Assembly: GCA_964551875.1 (NCBI GenBank)
Contig: CAZKEV010000002.1
Location: forward strand, 16,047 to 80,046
Origin: an uncultured Methanomicrobiales archaeon
GTDB lineage: Archaea > Halobacteriota > Methanomicrobia > Methanomicrobiales > JACTUA01
Length of the DNA stretch: 64,000 nt
Direction: 5' to 3'
Shown here piece by piece: positions 7,537 to 16,256 of this stretch. A model generated the notes under the pieces. The model was not told the DNA's origin. It searched no databases and saw only the letters and a program-made list of their open reading frames with translations. Position 1 is the stretch's first letter. Every line of letters begins with the position of its first letter. The translations under genes and the position numbers were made by a program.

Positions 7537-10533
7537 ATGGCTACCGGAAACTCCCTTTTTCTCTCCCTGAACCAGAACACGGTCTACTCGGACCTCTCCG
7601 TGGACTTCGCAACCGGCATCTTCACCATGGGCGGGGACATTACCATGGCCGGGGCGGACTCCGTCACCTACCTCGCGGACTCCATCAAGGACACGGACAT
7701 CGACTGGGCTCCTGAAGGCGCAGTTCCGGGTGCCGGACAGGTCTCCGGGGTGGATGTGCCGATTCAGGACGTCGGAAACTGGTTCGGAACAGACAACGTG
7801 GAGGCGGCCCTGCAAGAACTCGGGGCGGATGTCGATTCCCTGCAATCCGGCCTCGTCATCAAGGACAACGTCTGGACATCGGTAGGTCCGACCTTCGACG
7901 ACACGGACGGCTTGCGCCAGACCCAGGCGGTCCTCCTCACCGGGAACGTCGCGGCGGGGGAGAAGTTCTACATCGACGACAACGTGGCGTTGACCGAGAC
8001 GTACACGGCGACCGCCGGGGCACCCGGAGCGTTCCAGTTCCAGGTCGGAGCCACGATCAACGCAACGGTGGCAAACCTGGTCGCCTCGATCAACGCCAAC
8101 TCGGCCCTGGCGAAGGCCGAGTATTCGCTGGTGGACGACATCCACGCGACGACCTACCTGATCGGGATCGGGGCGCAGGACTTCCTGACGGGGATCTACA
8201 CGTGGGCTGCGACTGCCGGTGGGGCCGTCTGGACGAACGGCCAGCCCAAGTACAGCAAGGACGGAACCGACATCGCTGCACACTTCACGAACCTGGCGAA
8301 CGTCGATCCGGCGGCCACGAACTTCCAGGCGGGCGTCGCGGCAGCGGGCATCGCAACCGGATGGACTTACGTGGTCAGGGCGGGAGCCCAATCTGCCGCG
8401 TGGCTCACCTACAACCAGACCACCGATCACTGGACCGAGTCCAGCCCGCACCGGACCCCCGGGTTCCAGGCCGGGAAGGGCATCGACATCGACACGAACA
8501 CGTCGCCGTGGACCATCTCGGTGGACATCCTCGACGTCGATTCCACGGGCGGGGCGAACGGAGAAGTGCTCACGGCGGACGGGGCGGGAGGCGTGGACTG
8601 GATAGCTCCTGGCGTTCCTGCCACGCCCACCCTCCAGGAAGCCTACGACGCTTCTTCCCCTCCGACCATCACCCTCGACGCGAGCGGCGATCTCCTCATC
8701 AACCTGAACAGCGCAACGGCTGGCGATGCGTTCAAGGTAGCATCCAGTGCCGGAGGCGCGGACGGCCTCACGCTGACCTCGACCGGGGCGGACGCGATGA
8801 GCATGGTCGCCGACACGACAACCACGGCGCTCAGCTCGTCGAGCACCACGGACATCGACGCGGCGGGAACCATGTCCTTCAACGTCACGGGCGGGAATAT
8901 CCTGAACATTCAGAGCGACGCGGCTGCTGCGAGCGTCAATGTGGGCACGGGTGCGGCGGTCATCGCGCTCAACGCCGGAAGCAGCAACGGCGCGTCTTCC
9001 ACGAGCATCCACTCGGGGACAGGGGGGGCGAACTTCGCCACGGATGCGAACGCGCACACCACGACGGTCGGAAGCGGGAACACCACCTCCACCACCACCC
9101 TCGACTCCGGAACCGGGGGAACGAACATCGGCACGACAGCGAACGCCCACGAGGTCACCATCGGAAGCGCCACGGGAGCATCCGGGATCACGGCGAACAT
9201 GGGAACGGGGGGAGTGGACATCGGGACGAACGCCGTTGCCGGAACCATCACGGTGGGCAACTCCACCGGAGCGACCTCGATCGTCGCGGAAGTCGGGACC
9301 GGGAACCTGGATCTCGGCGTCAATGCGGTCGCGCACGAAGTCCGCATCGGAAGCGCCACGGGTGCCGCTGGTGTCACCGTGAACACGGGCACCGGAGGCA
9401 TCGACATCGGAACGAACGGGGTGGCCGCGACCATCATCATCGGCAACAACACAGGGGCAACCGCCCTGAATCTGGAGACGGGGTCGGGCGGGCTCAACGT
9501 GGATTCCGACGGGAACAGCGCCATGACGTTCGCCGGAACCCTGGACGTCGACACGACGGGGACGGTCAACCTCCAGACGTCGAGCGGAACAGCGAGCCTC
9601 TTCACCGACGCCGTAGCGACGACACTCACGCTCGGCAACGGCACGGGCGCGACCACGGTGACGCTCGACACGGGCACGGGCGGGGTGAACGTCGGAACCA
9701 ACGCGACGGCGCACGAGGTGTCCATCGGTAGCGGGACCGGGGCCTCCGGGGTCACGATGAACACGGGCACAGGCGGGGTCGACATCGCTACCAACGCGGT
9801 GGCTGCGAAGGTCACGATCGGAAACGCCACGGGGGCAACGGAAGTGCAGGTGGACACAGGAAGCGGCGGATTCGATGCGAACGTGGGCGGGGACACCGAC
9901 ATCAACTCCACGGGAACGACCACCATCACGAACGGGACTGGCGACCTCAAGCTGGAGAACAACGCGGCAGGGGCCGGAAGCGACATCATCTTCGAGTTGG
10001 GTGGGTCGGCAGGAGCCGAGAAGGTTCTGTTCAACGATGCCACATCGGCCACGAAAGCCTCGGTGGACTCGGACGGAAACAGCACATTCCTGGGGTCGGT
10101 GACGATCGGGGCTCTCGGGGAGTTCCGCATGACCGACAGAGGCCCCATGACGCTGGTGACGTCCACGAGCGGGTCGATCAAGGGGGAAGGGTGCAAGCTC
10201 ACGGGCAACTTCACGGTGACGAAGACCCCCGGGCAGACCGGCGAGCAGGACAAGGTGAACGGGGTCTTCCTCGCGACCGAGGCCGCAGGGCCGACCTGGA
10301 TGTACCTCTCCGGGTCCATGCCGGAGATCAAGTGGAACGACCTCGCGGCCCCGACGGTCGGGATGCCCTTCGCCCCCGACGGCCTCGGCGGGTTCGTCAA
10401 GTACACCACCTTCGGTACGGCGGGGAAGAAGCTCCAGTATTGCGGGGTCGTCGCCAGCATCGCCGGGTACGTCAACCCCGGAGACCTGGTCTCGGCCTTC
10501 TTCAACCCGGACAACATGGGAACCTTGCTGTAG
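7537..10533 (+). CDS. Tail fibre / adhesin with Gly-Thr-rich beta-helix-like tandem repeats
   Basis: 998 aa with ATG after GAGGAGGA. The central ~300 aa consist of reiterated units such as GTGG(V/I)(D/N)IGTNA-A-EV-IGSATGA-GVT-NT. Confidence 0.7.
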   Translation: MATGNSLFLSLNQNTVYSDLSVDFATGIFTMGGDITMAGADSVTYLADSIKDTDIDWAPEGAVPGAGQVSGVDVPIQDVGNWFGTDNVEAALQELGADVDSLQSGLVIKDNVWTSVGPTFDDTDGLRQTQAVLLTGNVAAGEKFYIDDNVALTETYTATAGAPGAFQFQVGATINATVANLVASINANSALAKAEYSLVDDIHATTYLIGIGAQDFLTGIYTWAATAGGAVWTNGQPKYSKDGTDIAAHFTNLANVDPAATNFQAGVAAAGIATGWTYVVRAGAQSAAWLTYNQTTDHWTESSPHRTPGFQAGKGIDIDTNTSPWTISVDILDVDSTGGANGEVLTADGAGGVDWIAPGVPATPTLQEAYDASSPPTITLDASGDLLINLNSATAGDAFKVASSAGGADGLTLTSTGADAMSMVADTTTTALSSSSTTDIDAAGTMSFNVTGGNILNIQSDAAAASVNVGTGAAVIALNAGSSNGASSTSIHSGTGGANFATDANAHTTTVGSGNTTSTTTLDSGTGGTNIGTTANAHEVTIGSATGASGITANMGTGGVDIGTNAVAGTITVGNSTGATSIVAEVGTGNLDLGVNAVAHEVRIGSATGAAGVTVNTGTGGIDIGTNGVAATIIIGNNTGATALNLETGSGGLNVDSDGNSAMTFAGTLDVDTTGTVNLQTSSGTASLFTDAVATTLTLGNGTGATTVTLDTGTGGVNVGTNATAHEVSIGSGTGASGVTMNTGTGGVDIATNAVAAKVTIGNATGATEVQVDTGSGGFDANVGGDTDINSTGTTTITNGTGDLKLENNAAGAGSDIIFELGGSAGAEKVLFNDATSATKASVDSDGNSTFLGSVTIGALGEFRMTDRGPMTLVTSTSGSIKGEGCKLTGNFTVTKTPGQTGEQDKVNGVFLATEAAGPTWMYLSGSMPEIKWNDLAAPTVGMPFAPDGLGGFVKYTTFGTAGKKLQYCGVVASIAGYVNPGDLVSAFFNPDNMGTLL
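9010..9890 (+). repeat. Coding tandem repeats (about 19-20 aa units, often paired as ~40 aa) inside the 998-aa fibre
   Basis: Translated repeats are visible from HSGTGGANFATDANAHTTTVGSGNTTS to DTGSGGFDANVGG. Repeat boundaries are approximate. Confidence 0.6.
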
Positions 10534-10553
10534 TCGAGAACGGTTCAGAGGCC

Positions 10554-10580
10554 GGGGGCTCGGTGAGCCCCCCTTTCGGA
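10554..10580 (+). terminator. Hairpin after the 998-aa fibre gene (weak terminator or RNA stability element)
   Basis: GGGGGCTC-GGT-GAGCCCCC forms an 8-bp perfect stem, followed only by CCTTTCGG. Confidence 0.35.
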
Positions 10581-10590
10581 GGACGGGTGA

Positions 10591-11133
10591 ATGTCCAAGC
10601 ACACGAAGATGGGAAGGGCGGCGGTGCCGCCGCCGCAGTCCAGGGGCGTGGGTCCGAGGCTCCTTCCTCCGGGGACGGTCTCTCCGGGGACGGTGCGCCA
10701 GGAGCTCGGGGACGTGGATGCGCTCAAGTACCGCCTCGCGATCCAGAAGGACAACAATCTCAAGGAGAAGCTGAAGTACATCGAGGGGCAGAAGGCCCTT
10801 CTCGCCAAGGACGAGGAGAACATCAAGCTGCGGATCGAACTCGTCCGCATGGAGAACCGCAGGGACATCGGGCACCTGGACATCCAACAGGGCGACAGCC
10901 TGGCCGAGGAGAACGGGAAGTTCTACATCATCCGGGCTCCGAGGCAGGGTCCGATCCCTCAGATCAAGACGCCTCCTCTCAAGGCGGGACCGGACAAGCC
11001 GAAGCCCCCGGCGGAGCCTCCTGCGGAGGTGCCCCCGGCGAATCCCGAGGGGGAGGAGGAAGAGGGGGAAGAGGACGAGGAGGAGGGGGCCACGGAGGGG
11101 AACGGAGCGGAAGCCTCCCCGGAGAAAGAGTGA
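10591..11133 (+). CDS. Hypothetical protein with coiled-coil centre and Pro-rich, highly acidic C-terminus (possible fibre assembly factor)
   Basis: 180 aa with ATG after GGAGGACGGG. C-terminus is PEGEEEEGEEDEEEG. Confidence 0.5.
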   Translation: MSKHTKMGRAAVPPPQSRGVGPRLLPPGTVSPGTVRQELGDVDALKYRLAIQKDNNLKEKLKYIEGQKALLAKDEENIKLRIELVRMENRRDIGHLDIQQGDSLAEENGKFYIIRAPRQGPIPQIKTPPLKAGPDKPKPPAEPPAEVPPANPEGEEEEGEEDEEEGATEGNGAEASPEKE

Positions 11134-11145
11134 ACGCGGCAACCA

Positions 11146-11194
11146 GACCGGCGGGCGTTCTCCATTCGGGGGGACGCCCCCGGTCTTTTCATTT
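11146..11194 (+). terminator. Rho-independent terminator
   Basis: GACCGGCGGGCGT ... ACGCCCCCGGTC gives a 12-bp stem with one bulge, followed by TTTTCATTT. Confidence 0.6.
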
Positions 11195-11206
11195 CAGGGG
11201 TGACCT

Positions 11207-12874
11207 ATGGGCGTCGCCCTAATCAACAATGCGCTCGAAGTCGAGGGGAACAATTCAGGAAACAGGTTCGCGGGCACGGAGTATTTCACCAGCCTTGACG
11301 CTTCCACCAGCGTGACGGTCGGGACTCTCGTCGTCACCAACACCAGGATCAATCCGGGGGTCCAGGGCACACTCGACATCGGCACGACGACGAAGCCCGC
11401 CGCTGGCATCAACGGGAACGACATCACCATCACATCCCAGCCGGGTAGCGACTACAGCGGAGGGCTCGGCCCTGGGCTCGGGGGGGACTCCACCCTGAAG
11501 GGCGGGACGGGCGGGCTCGGGGACGCCATCATCGTCCCGAGCGCCGACGGGGGCGACGTCTACGTCGAGGGGGGACCAGCGGGGGCGAACCTCGGCGGAG
11601 GGGTGGGGGCAGATGGAAATATCAACCTCGGGCTGAACGACACCTCGGCGATCATCATCGGCTCCATCCACATGCTCTGGAACGTGGATGGGGGTGGGAA
11701 CATCGGGTACGACGGATCCACAAACTACAGGCCCGACCGTATCCGAGCGAAGACCTCGGTCTCGGCGGGCGATTCCATTACCCTGAAGGGGGACCGCCTT
11801 TCCGTGTCGGGAGGGACGGGAGACCCCGGCACCCTGGTCGCTGGCGACCTCTGGTACAGGACGGACCTCGGGAAGTTCAAGTTCCGCAACGCCACAACCG
11901 CCGTGGAGCTGCTGGACGCCTCGACGGCAATCGCCAACCCCGGCACGAAGGCAAACAATGACATCCTCCAGTACAAGTCCGGCACGACGACGTGGGACGC
12001 GGTCGGAGGGGCGTCGGGCGACCCCGTCCTCGGTACGCTCTACACATCGGCCCTCACGATCGTCGGGACTACCAATACTGCCCCCCTCTTGTGGAATTCA
12101 GATAATCAGAATGACATCGGGGCGAGCGGGGCAACGAGGCCGAGGACGATCTACGCCGGAACGTCGATCTACCAGGGGTCGAACCAAGTCCTTGACGCTG
12201 GAACGGCCCACGCCGGAGACGTCACCGGGACCAACGGGGCGACCGTGGTCGCCAGGATTCAGGGGGACGCGGTCTCCACGACGAACCCTTCCAACAATCA
12301 GGGGCTCGTGTGGACCGGGAGCGAGTATGCCCCCAAGAGCCATGCGTGGTTCCCGGTCGCCTCGCAGGCGGTGAACGCGACATCCGTCACTGTCGACTCT
12401 CTGGCGGGTGGAACCCACTACGCCTACGAGATCATCCTCCACGGATACTGGGCTGCTACTGGCTCCCAGAAGTACGTCTACCTGACCCCTCGCACCTCGG
12501 GCGGCGACCAGACGGGGAACCAGTATTCGCACAGGCACTATGCCGGGGTGGAGCCTGGTGTCGGATCTGTCCACTCGATCACCAGCATCGCGAGTCGGCT
12601 CATCCTGCACATGAACGACTGGAACCACTCGCAGGACATCTTCGTCCACGCCCACTTCTTCGCGGCGACCGGGACTTACAACAGGCGCTTGATCTCCCAT
12701 ACTGTGAAGGAAGAGGCCGGGAAGACTGGTGCTGGGGAGCAGGGTAAGTTCCTGGAGGCCATGTACCACGGCGTGTGGCGGGATACGAGCAGCGCGATCA
12801 CCGGCCTGAAGATCGACTTCAACGGGGCGACCTTTGTTGGCTACTTGCAGATCAACGCGCTGAGGATCGCGTAG
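11207..12874 (+). CDS. Putative tail fibre / receptor-binding protein
   Basis: 555 aa. Gly-rich N-terminal part. GDLWYRTDLGKFKFRN is the kind of motif seen in fibre shafts. Located in the fibre module. Confidence 0.55.
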   Translation: MGVALINNALEVEGNNSGNRFAGTEYFTSLDASTSVTVGTLVVTNTRINPGVQGTLDIGTTTKPAAGINGNDITITSQPGSDYSGGLGPGLGGDSTLKGGTGGLGDAIIVPSADGGDVYVEGGPAGANLGGGVGADGNINLGLNDTSAIIIGSIHMLWNVDGGGNIGYDGSTNYRPDRIRAKTSVSAGDSITLKGDRLSVSGGTGDPGTLVAGDLWYRTDLGKFKFRNATTAVELLDASTAIANPGTKANNDILQYKSGTTTWDAVGGASGDPVLGTLYTSALTIVGTTNTAPLLWNSDNQNDIGASGATRPRTIYAGTSIYQGSNQVLDAGTAHAGDVTGTNGATVVARIQGDAVSTTNPSNNQGLVWTGSEYAPKSHAWFPVASQAVNATSVTVDSLAGGTHYAYEIILHGYWAATGSQKYVYLTPRTSGGDQTGNQYSHRHYAGVEPGVGSVHSITSIASRLILHMNDWNHSQDIFVHAHFFAATGTYNRRLISHTVKEEAGKTGAGEQGKFLEAMYHGVWRDTSSAITGLKIDFNGATFVGYLQINALRIA

Positions 12875-12883
12875 GAGACATCG

Positions 12884-13045
12884 ATGGCTGAGAGCGACCA
12901 GACCATGCTCCTCCCGTTCAAGATCGTCTTCTCGGAGACGGACCCCACGGCGGTCCTCTACATCCTGTTCAAGGACACGACCAACGGCAAGAAGTACAAT
13001 CTCCAGGTGACGAACGGGGCCGTCGAGGTTGTCGAGGTGGTGTAG
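12884..13045 (+). CDS. Small hypothetical protein (53 aa, below the ORF-track cut-off)
   Basis: ATG 12884 after TAGGAGA. MAESDQTMLLPFKIVFSETDPTAVLYILFKDTTNGKKYNLQVTNGAVEVVEVV. It fills the gap between two fibre genes. Confidence 0.35.
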   Translation: MAESDQTMLLPFKIVFSETDPTAVLYILFKDTTNGKKYNLQVTNGAVEVVEVV

Positions 13046-13046
13046 G

Positions 13047-13661
13047 GTGGGAGAGCCGAACCCCAAGCTGAAGCCCGTCGAGGAGAGGGTCGCAGAGATC
13101 CTCATGGGGCCTCCAAAGGATGTCTACGACGCCGCCAAGAACGTGAAGGGCCGGTGGAGGGACGTCGTCACCCGAAGGATGCCCGACGGGACAGAGGAGG
13201 TGGTCGAGGACACGGGGTGGAAGAGCAACATGATCGTCCAGGGGATGCCCAAGCTCCTGGCTGGTCTGATGCGAAACGAGTCGACGTACATCGGGGGGAT
13301 TCTCCAACACGCGATCGGCAATGGAAATCCAGCCTGGGATATTCCGGGACCCCCGACCCCGGCGTACAACTCGACACAGCTCGTGGCGGAGTACTTCCGC
13401 AAGCCTCCGACCTCGATTTCCTACCTGGATCCCCTGGGGCTTCCTTCCCCCGTCATCACGGGGTCCATCCTCATCCAGACGGTGTTCGATTACGGCGAGG
13501 CCAACGGGATGGCCGGGGAGTACATCCGGGAGCAGGGCCTTTTCGGCGGCACGGCGACTGGGGTGGGCAACTCTGGTATCATGGCGAATCTGATTTACCA
13601 CGTTGCCAAGTGGAAAGACAGCAACGTCAAGATCACAAGGTACATCAACATCATCTTTTGA
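13047..13661 (+). CDS. Hypothetical structural protein
   Basis: ORF 13029-13661. GTG 13047 is the first start after the upstream stop at 13045; TTG 13029 is the alternative. About 204 aa with non-biased composition. Confidence 0.5.
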   Translation: MGEPNPKLKPVEERVAEILMGPPKDVYDAAKNVKGRWRDVVTRRMPDGTEEVVEDTGWKSNMIVQGMPKLLAGLMRNESTYIGGILQHAIGNGNPAWDIPGPPTPAYNSTQLVAEYFRKPPTSISYLDPLGLPSPVITGSILIQTVFDYGEANGMAGEYIREQGLFGGTATGVGNSGIMANLIYHVAKWKDSNVKITRYINIIF

Positions 13662-13662
13662 C

Positions 13663-13677
13663 CGCAAACGCTTTGCG
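13663..13677. repeat. Palindrome CGCAAA-CGC-TTTGCG (copy 2, intergenic)
   Basis: Begins 2 nt after the stop at 13661. Followed by AAAAGCC and the next gene's start region. Confidence 0.9.
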
Positions 13678-13705
13678 AAAAGCCGAGTGAGTGGCGGGGG
13701 TATCG

Positions 13706-16246
13706 ATGGGCCAGAACACCGCAATCATCACCAGGGACATGTACGACGAGGCGAAACGATACGTCCTCACGGTGCTTCAGGCAGGGGTTCCCCTCGTCGA
13801 CGCCGACTACAACGACCAGATGGTGTCCCTTTTCACCCAGCTTCGCCGGGTCGTCCAGACGGGCATCGGCGACGGGGCGGTCGGGGACGCTTTCCTGATC
13901 CAGCAGTACCTCCCTAACCCGGTGAACAACTTCCGGATCACGGGCGGGATCACCCCCGTCACCGCTAACATCACCATCGACGCCACGCCGAAGGTGACGG
14001 CCCTCCCCCAGCCGGGGCCGGAGGGGCTGTTTGACAAGGGGCACAACGCCCAACTTGAGGCGGACGAGACCTTCCTGGTGGGAACGGAGACGCTTCCGAC
14101 GTCCACGGGGGCCTCGGCGACGGCCTTCCCGAACGACACCCTGAATGATTCGGCGGCCCAGTTTGTTCCCGCCTCCTTGGTGGGGCTCATCCTGGTCCCG
14201 GACATCACGGTGCCTGCGAACCAGTACCCCATCGTCGCCAACACGGGGAACACCATTCAGGCCAACGGCACGATGGTCTTCACCCCCGGCCAGAGCTACC
14301 GCGTCCTTCTGACGACGCCTGCCGTGAACCGGAAGGACTTGGTGTACCTGGACGTCTACCTGGACGAAATCAATTCGACGGAGGACACGGACCTCAAGCA
14401 TCAAATCGACTCCATGCTCATCACGGCGATGCTGAGGAAGAAAATCGTCCAGACGGTCCTCGTCCAGGAGGGGGTCGCTCTCCCCATGACGATTCCGACC
14501 GGGTGGACGGACGCGGACGGCAACCCGCATGTAATCGTCCCCCTGGCCCTCATCGACCGGCCAGCCGGGAACGCGAACATCACCGACTCGATGATCACGG
14601 ACCTCCGGAGGAAAATCTTCCGGCTGGACGAGATCGACGACCGCTTCGTGAACGTGACCGGGGACACCATGACGGGCACCCTGGTCATGCAGGCGAACAT
14701 CATCATGGCCCCGGGTCGGAAGGTGCTGGGGACGTGCGTGATCGACGCCAACGCCCTGTGCGAGGACACGGTAGGCCAGAAGCACATGAAGCGGGACTCC
14801 CACCTTCTCGGGAGTTTCGACGCGGTTCCGACGTGGAGCCAGGTGAACAATCCGCTGGACCCGAACCACTTCAAGGTCCACGACAACCGGTACTACGAGA
14901 AATCCGTCCTCGACGCGATGATCGGGGCGAACCTCATCTCCAACGGGCTGTTCGACGACGGCCTGGTGGGGTGGGAAAACCTGGCCCCGAGACCCCTCTA
15001 CGGCTACCCCGCCATCGAGGCCGAAAAGATCATCGTGGCGATCAGCCTGTGCGGGGCGACGTGCGAGGGGGGCTTCTGCTCCTGCCGGTCCCTCCAGGTC
15101 TACATCCCGGCGGGGAACCGGATCTGCACGGTCTGCGCCGTGCGGCAGGAGGTCTGCGGAGGGATCAAGTGCGGCGGGGAGTTCATGCTCATCCACACCC
15201 TCTGCGTCACCAAGGGCGAGGAGGCGGTGATCCCCTTCCTGGTGTTCGATCTCTACTCCTCCTGCCAGTACGTCGGGACGCGGCGATACCAGATGTGGAC
15301 CCCATCGCTGGACCAGCCCGACAAGCAGGGAATCGACATCTACGACGGCTTCGTGCGGATGGAAAAGAAGATCGACCTCCCGAAGTGCGTGGACAACGCG
15401 GTGGTGACCCTCTGCTTCCAGGTCATTCCGCTGAAGGTTCTGAATCCTCCCGTTCCTCCAATCACCTGCGACGAGTGCAGGCAGGGAGCTCCGTTGACCG
15501 AGGGGACGGGGGCCATCTGGTTCTGCGTCGAGGATCCGGTGCAGCTCACCCCGTTCGCCATCTGCCGGAACTTCCCGACCCCGAAGGCGGTGGTGGACGC
15601 GATTTTCTTCGATCTCCAGTCGAATCGACCGGGGGTGGCGATCGTCACGATCCTCGTGGATGCCAACGGGAGAAGGGCCGTACATGCTGACGTGGCTACC
15701 GGAGGGCTCGATTCGTTCTTGGTCACCGTGCCCTCCTTCTCGATGCCCGACGGGCAGGTGGACTGGCAGAACATCATCTCCTGGTGCCAGTATTGGCAGG
15801 ATCCCCAGCCGTACGACGACAACGCCACGGACAACTGGAAGATCGACAATGTGCTGGTCGAGGGGTGGAACGACATCGAGGCCCTGTTCGAGCAGCAACT
15901 GGCCTACTGCGGGTACCAGGGGGAGCCGGGCCAGCCTCGCTCGATGAATCGAGGGCCGACGCCGACGCCCCCGGACCCGAATCCACCCTCACCCGCGTGT
16001 GAGGTGGGGCCGAATCCCTTCGAGATTTCGGTCTGCGCGGTGCAGATGCGCCGGATCAGCGGTCCGGAGGGCGAGATTGACCCAGGGATCGGGTGCAAGA
16101 CGAACAAGATCCCGGTCATCACGACCGTGCAACTGGACGGTACGGTGAACTTCACCCCGGCATTCAACCAAGTGGCGACCGTTCTGGAAGTCCTCGAAGA
16201 GGACTGCCTGGTGCAGGAACCCGAGGAGCCGGAAGGGCCGCAGTGA
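13706..16246 (+). CDS. Large fibre/adhesin protein with Cys-rich region and C-terminal carbohydrate-binding-module-like domain
   Basis: ATG 13706 (the track gives GTG 13691). 847 aa. The C-terminal module ILVDANGRRAVHADVATGG...DWQNIISWCQYWQD...NWKIDNVLVEGW is repeated in the next gene. Confidence 0.6.
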   Translation: MGQNTAIITRDMYDEAKRYVLTVLQAGVPLVDADYNDQMVSLFTQLRRVVQTGIGDGAVGDAFLIQQYLPNPVNNFRITGGITPVTANITIDATPKVTALPQPGPEGLFDKGHNAQLEADETFLVGTETLPTSTGASATAFPNDTLNDSAAQFVPASLVGLILVPDITVPANQYPIVANTGNTIQANGTMVFTPGQSYRVLLTTPAVNRKDLVYLDVYLDEINSTEDTDLKHQIDSMLITAMLRKKIVQTVLVQEGVALPMTIPTGWTDADGNPHVIVPLALIDRPAGNANITDSMITDLRRKIFRLDEIDDRFVNVTGDTMTGTLVMQANIIMAPGRKVLGTCVIDANALCEDTVGQKHMKRDSHLLGSFDAVPTWSQVNNPLDPNHFKVHDNRYYEKSVLDAMIGANLISNGLFDDGLVGWENLAPRPLYGYPAIEAEKIIVAISLCGATCEGGFCSCRSLQVYIPAGNRICTVCAVRQEVCGGIKCGGEFMLIHTLCVTKGEEAVIPFLVFDLYSSCQYVGTRRYQMWTPSLDQPDKQGIDIYDGFVRMEKKIDLPKCVDNAVVTLCFQVIPLKVLNPPVPPITCDECRQGAPLTEGTGAIWFCVEDPVQLTPFAICRNFPTPKAVVDAIFFDLQSNRPGVAIVTILVDANGRRAVHADVATGGLDSFLVTVPSFSMPDGQVDWQNIISWCQYWQDPQPYDDNATDNWKIDNVLVEGWNDIEALFEQQLAYCGYQGEPGQPRSMNRGPTPTPPDPNPPSPACEVGPNPFEISVCAVQMRRISGPEGEIDPGIGCKTNKIPVITTVQLDGTVNFTPAFNQVATVLEVLEEDCLVQEPEEPEGPQ

Positions 16247-16256
16247 GAGGTGGACG

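Noticed and set aside
5572-11142. 1856-aa ORF on the minus strand, antisense to the fibre genes.
   Set aside because: The translation is extremely Arg/Gly/Pro/Val-rich and low in complexity, with no recognisable motif. It lies exactly antisense to + strand genes that have clear family signatures and GC3-biased codons. Long stop-free antisense frames are expected at this GC content.
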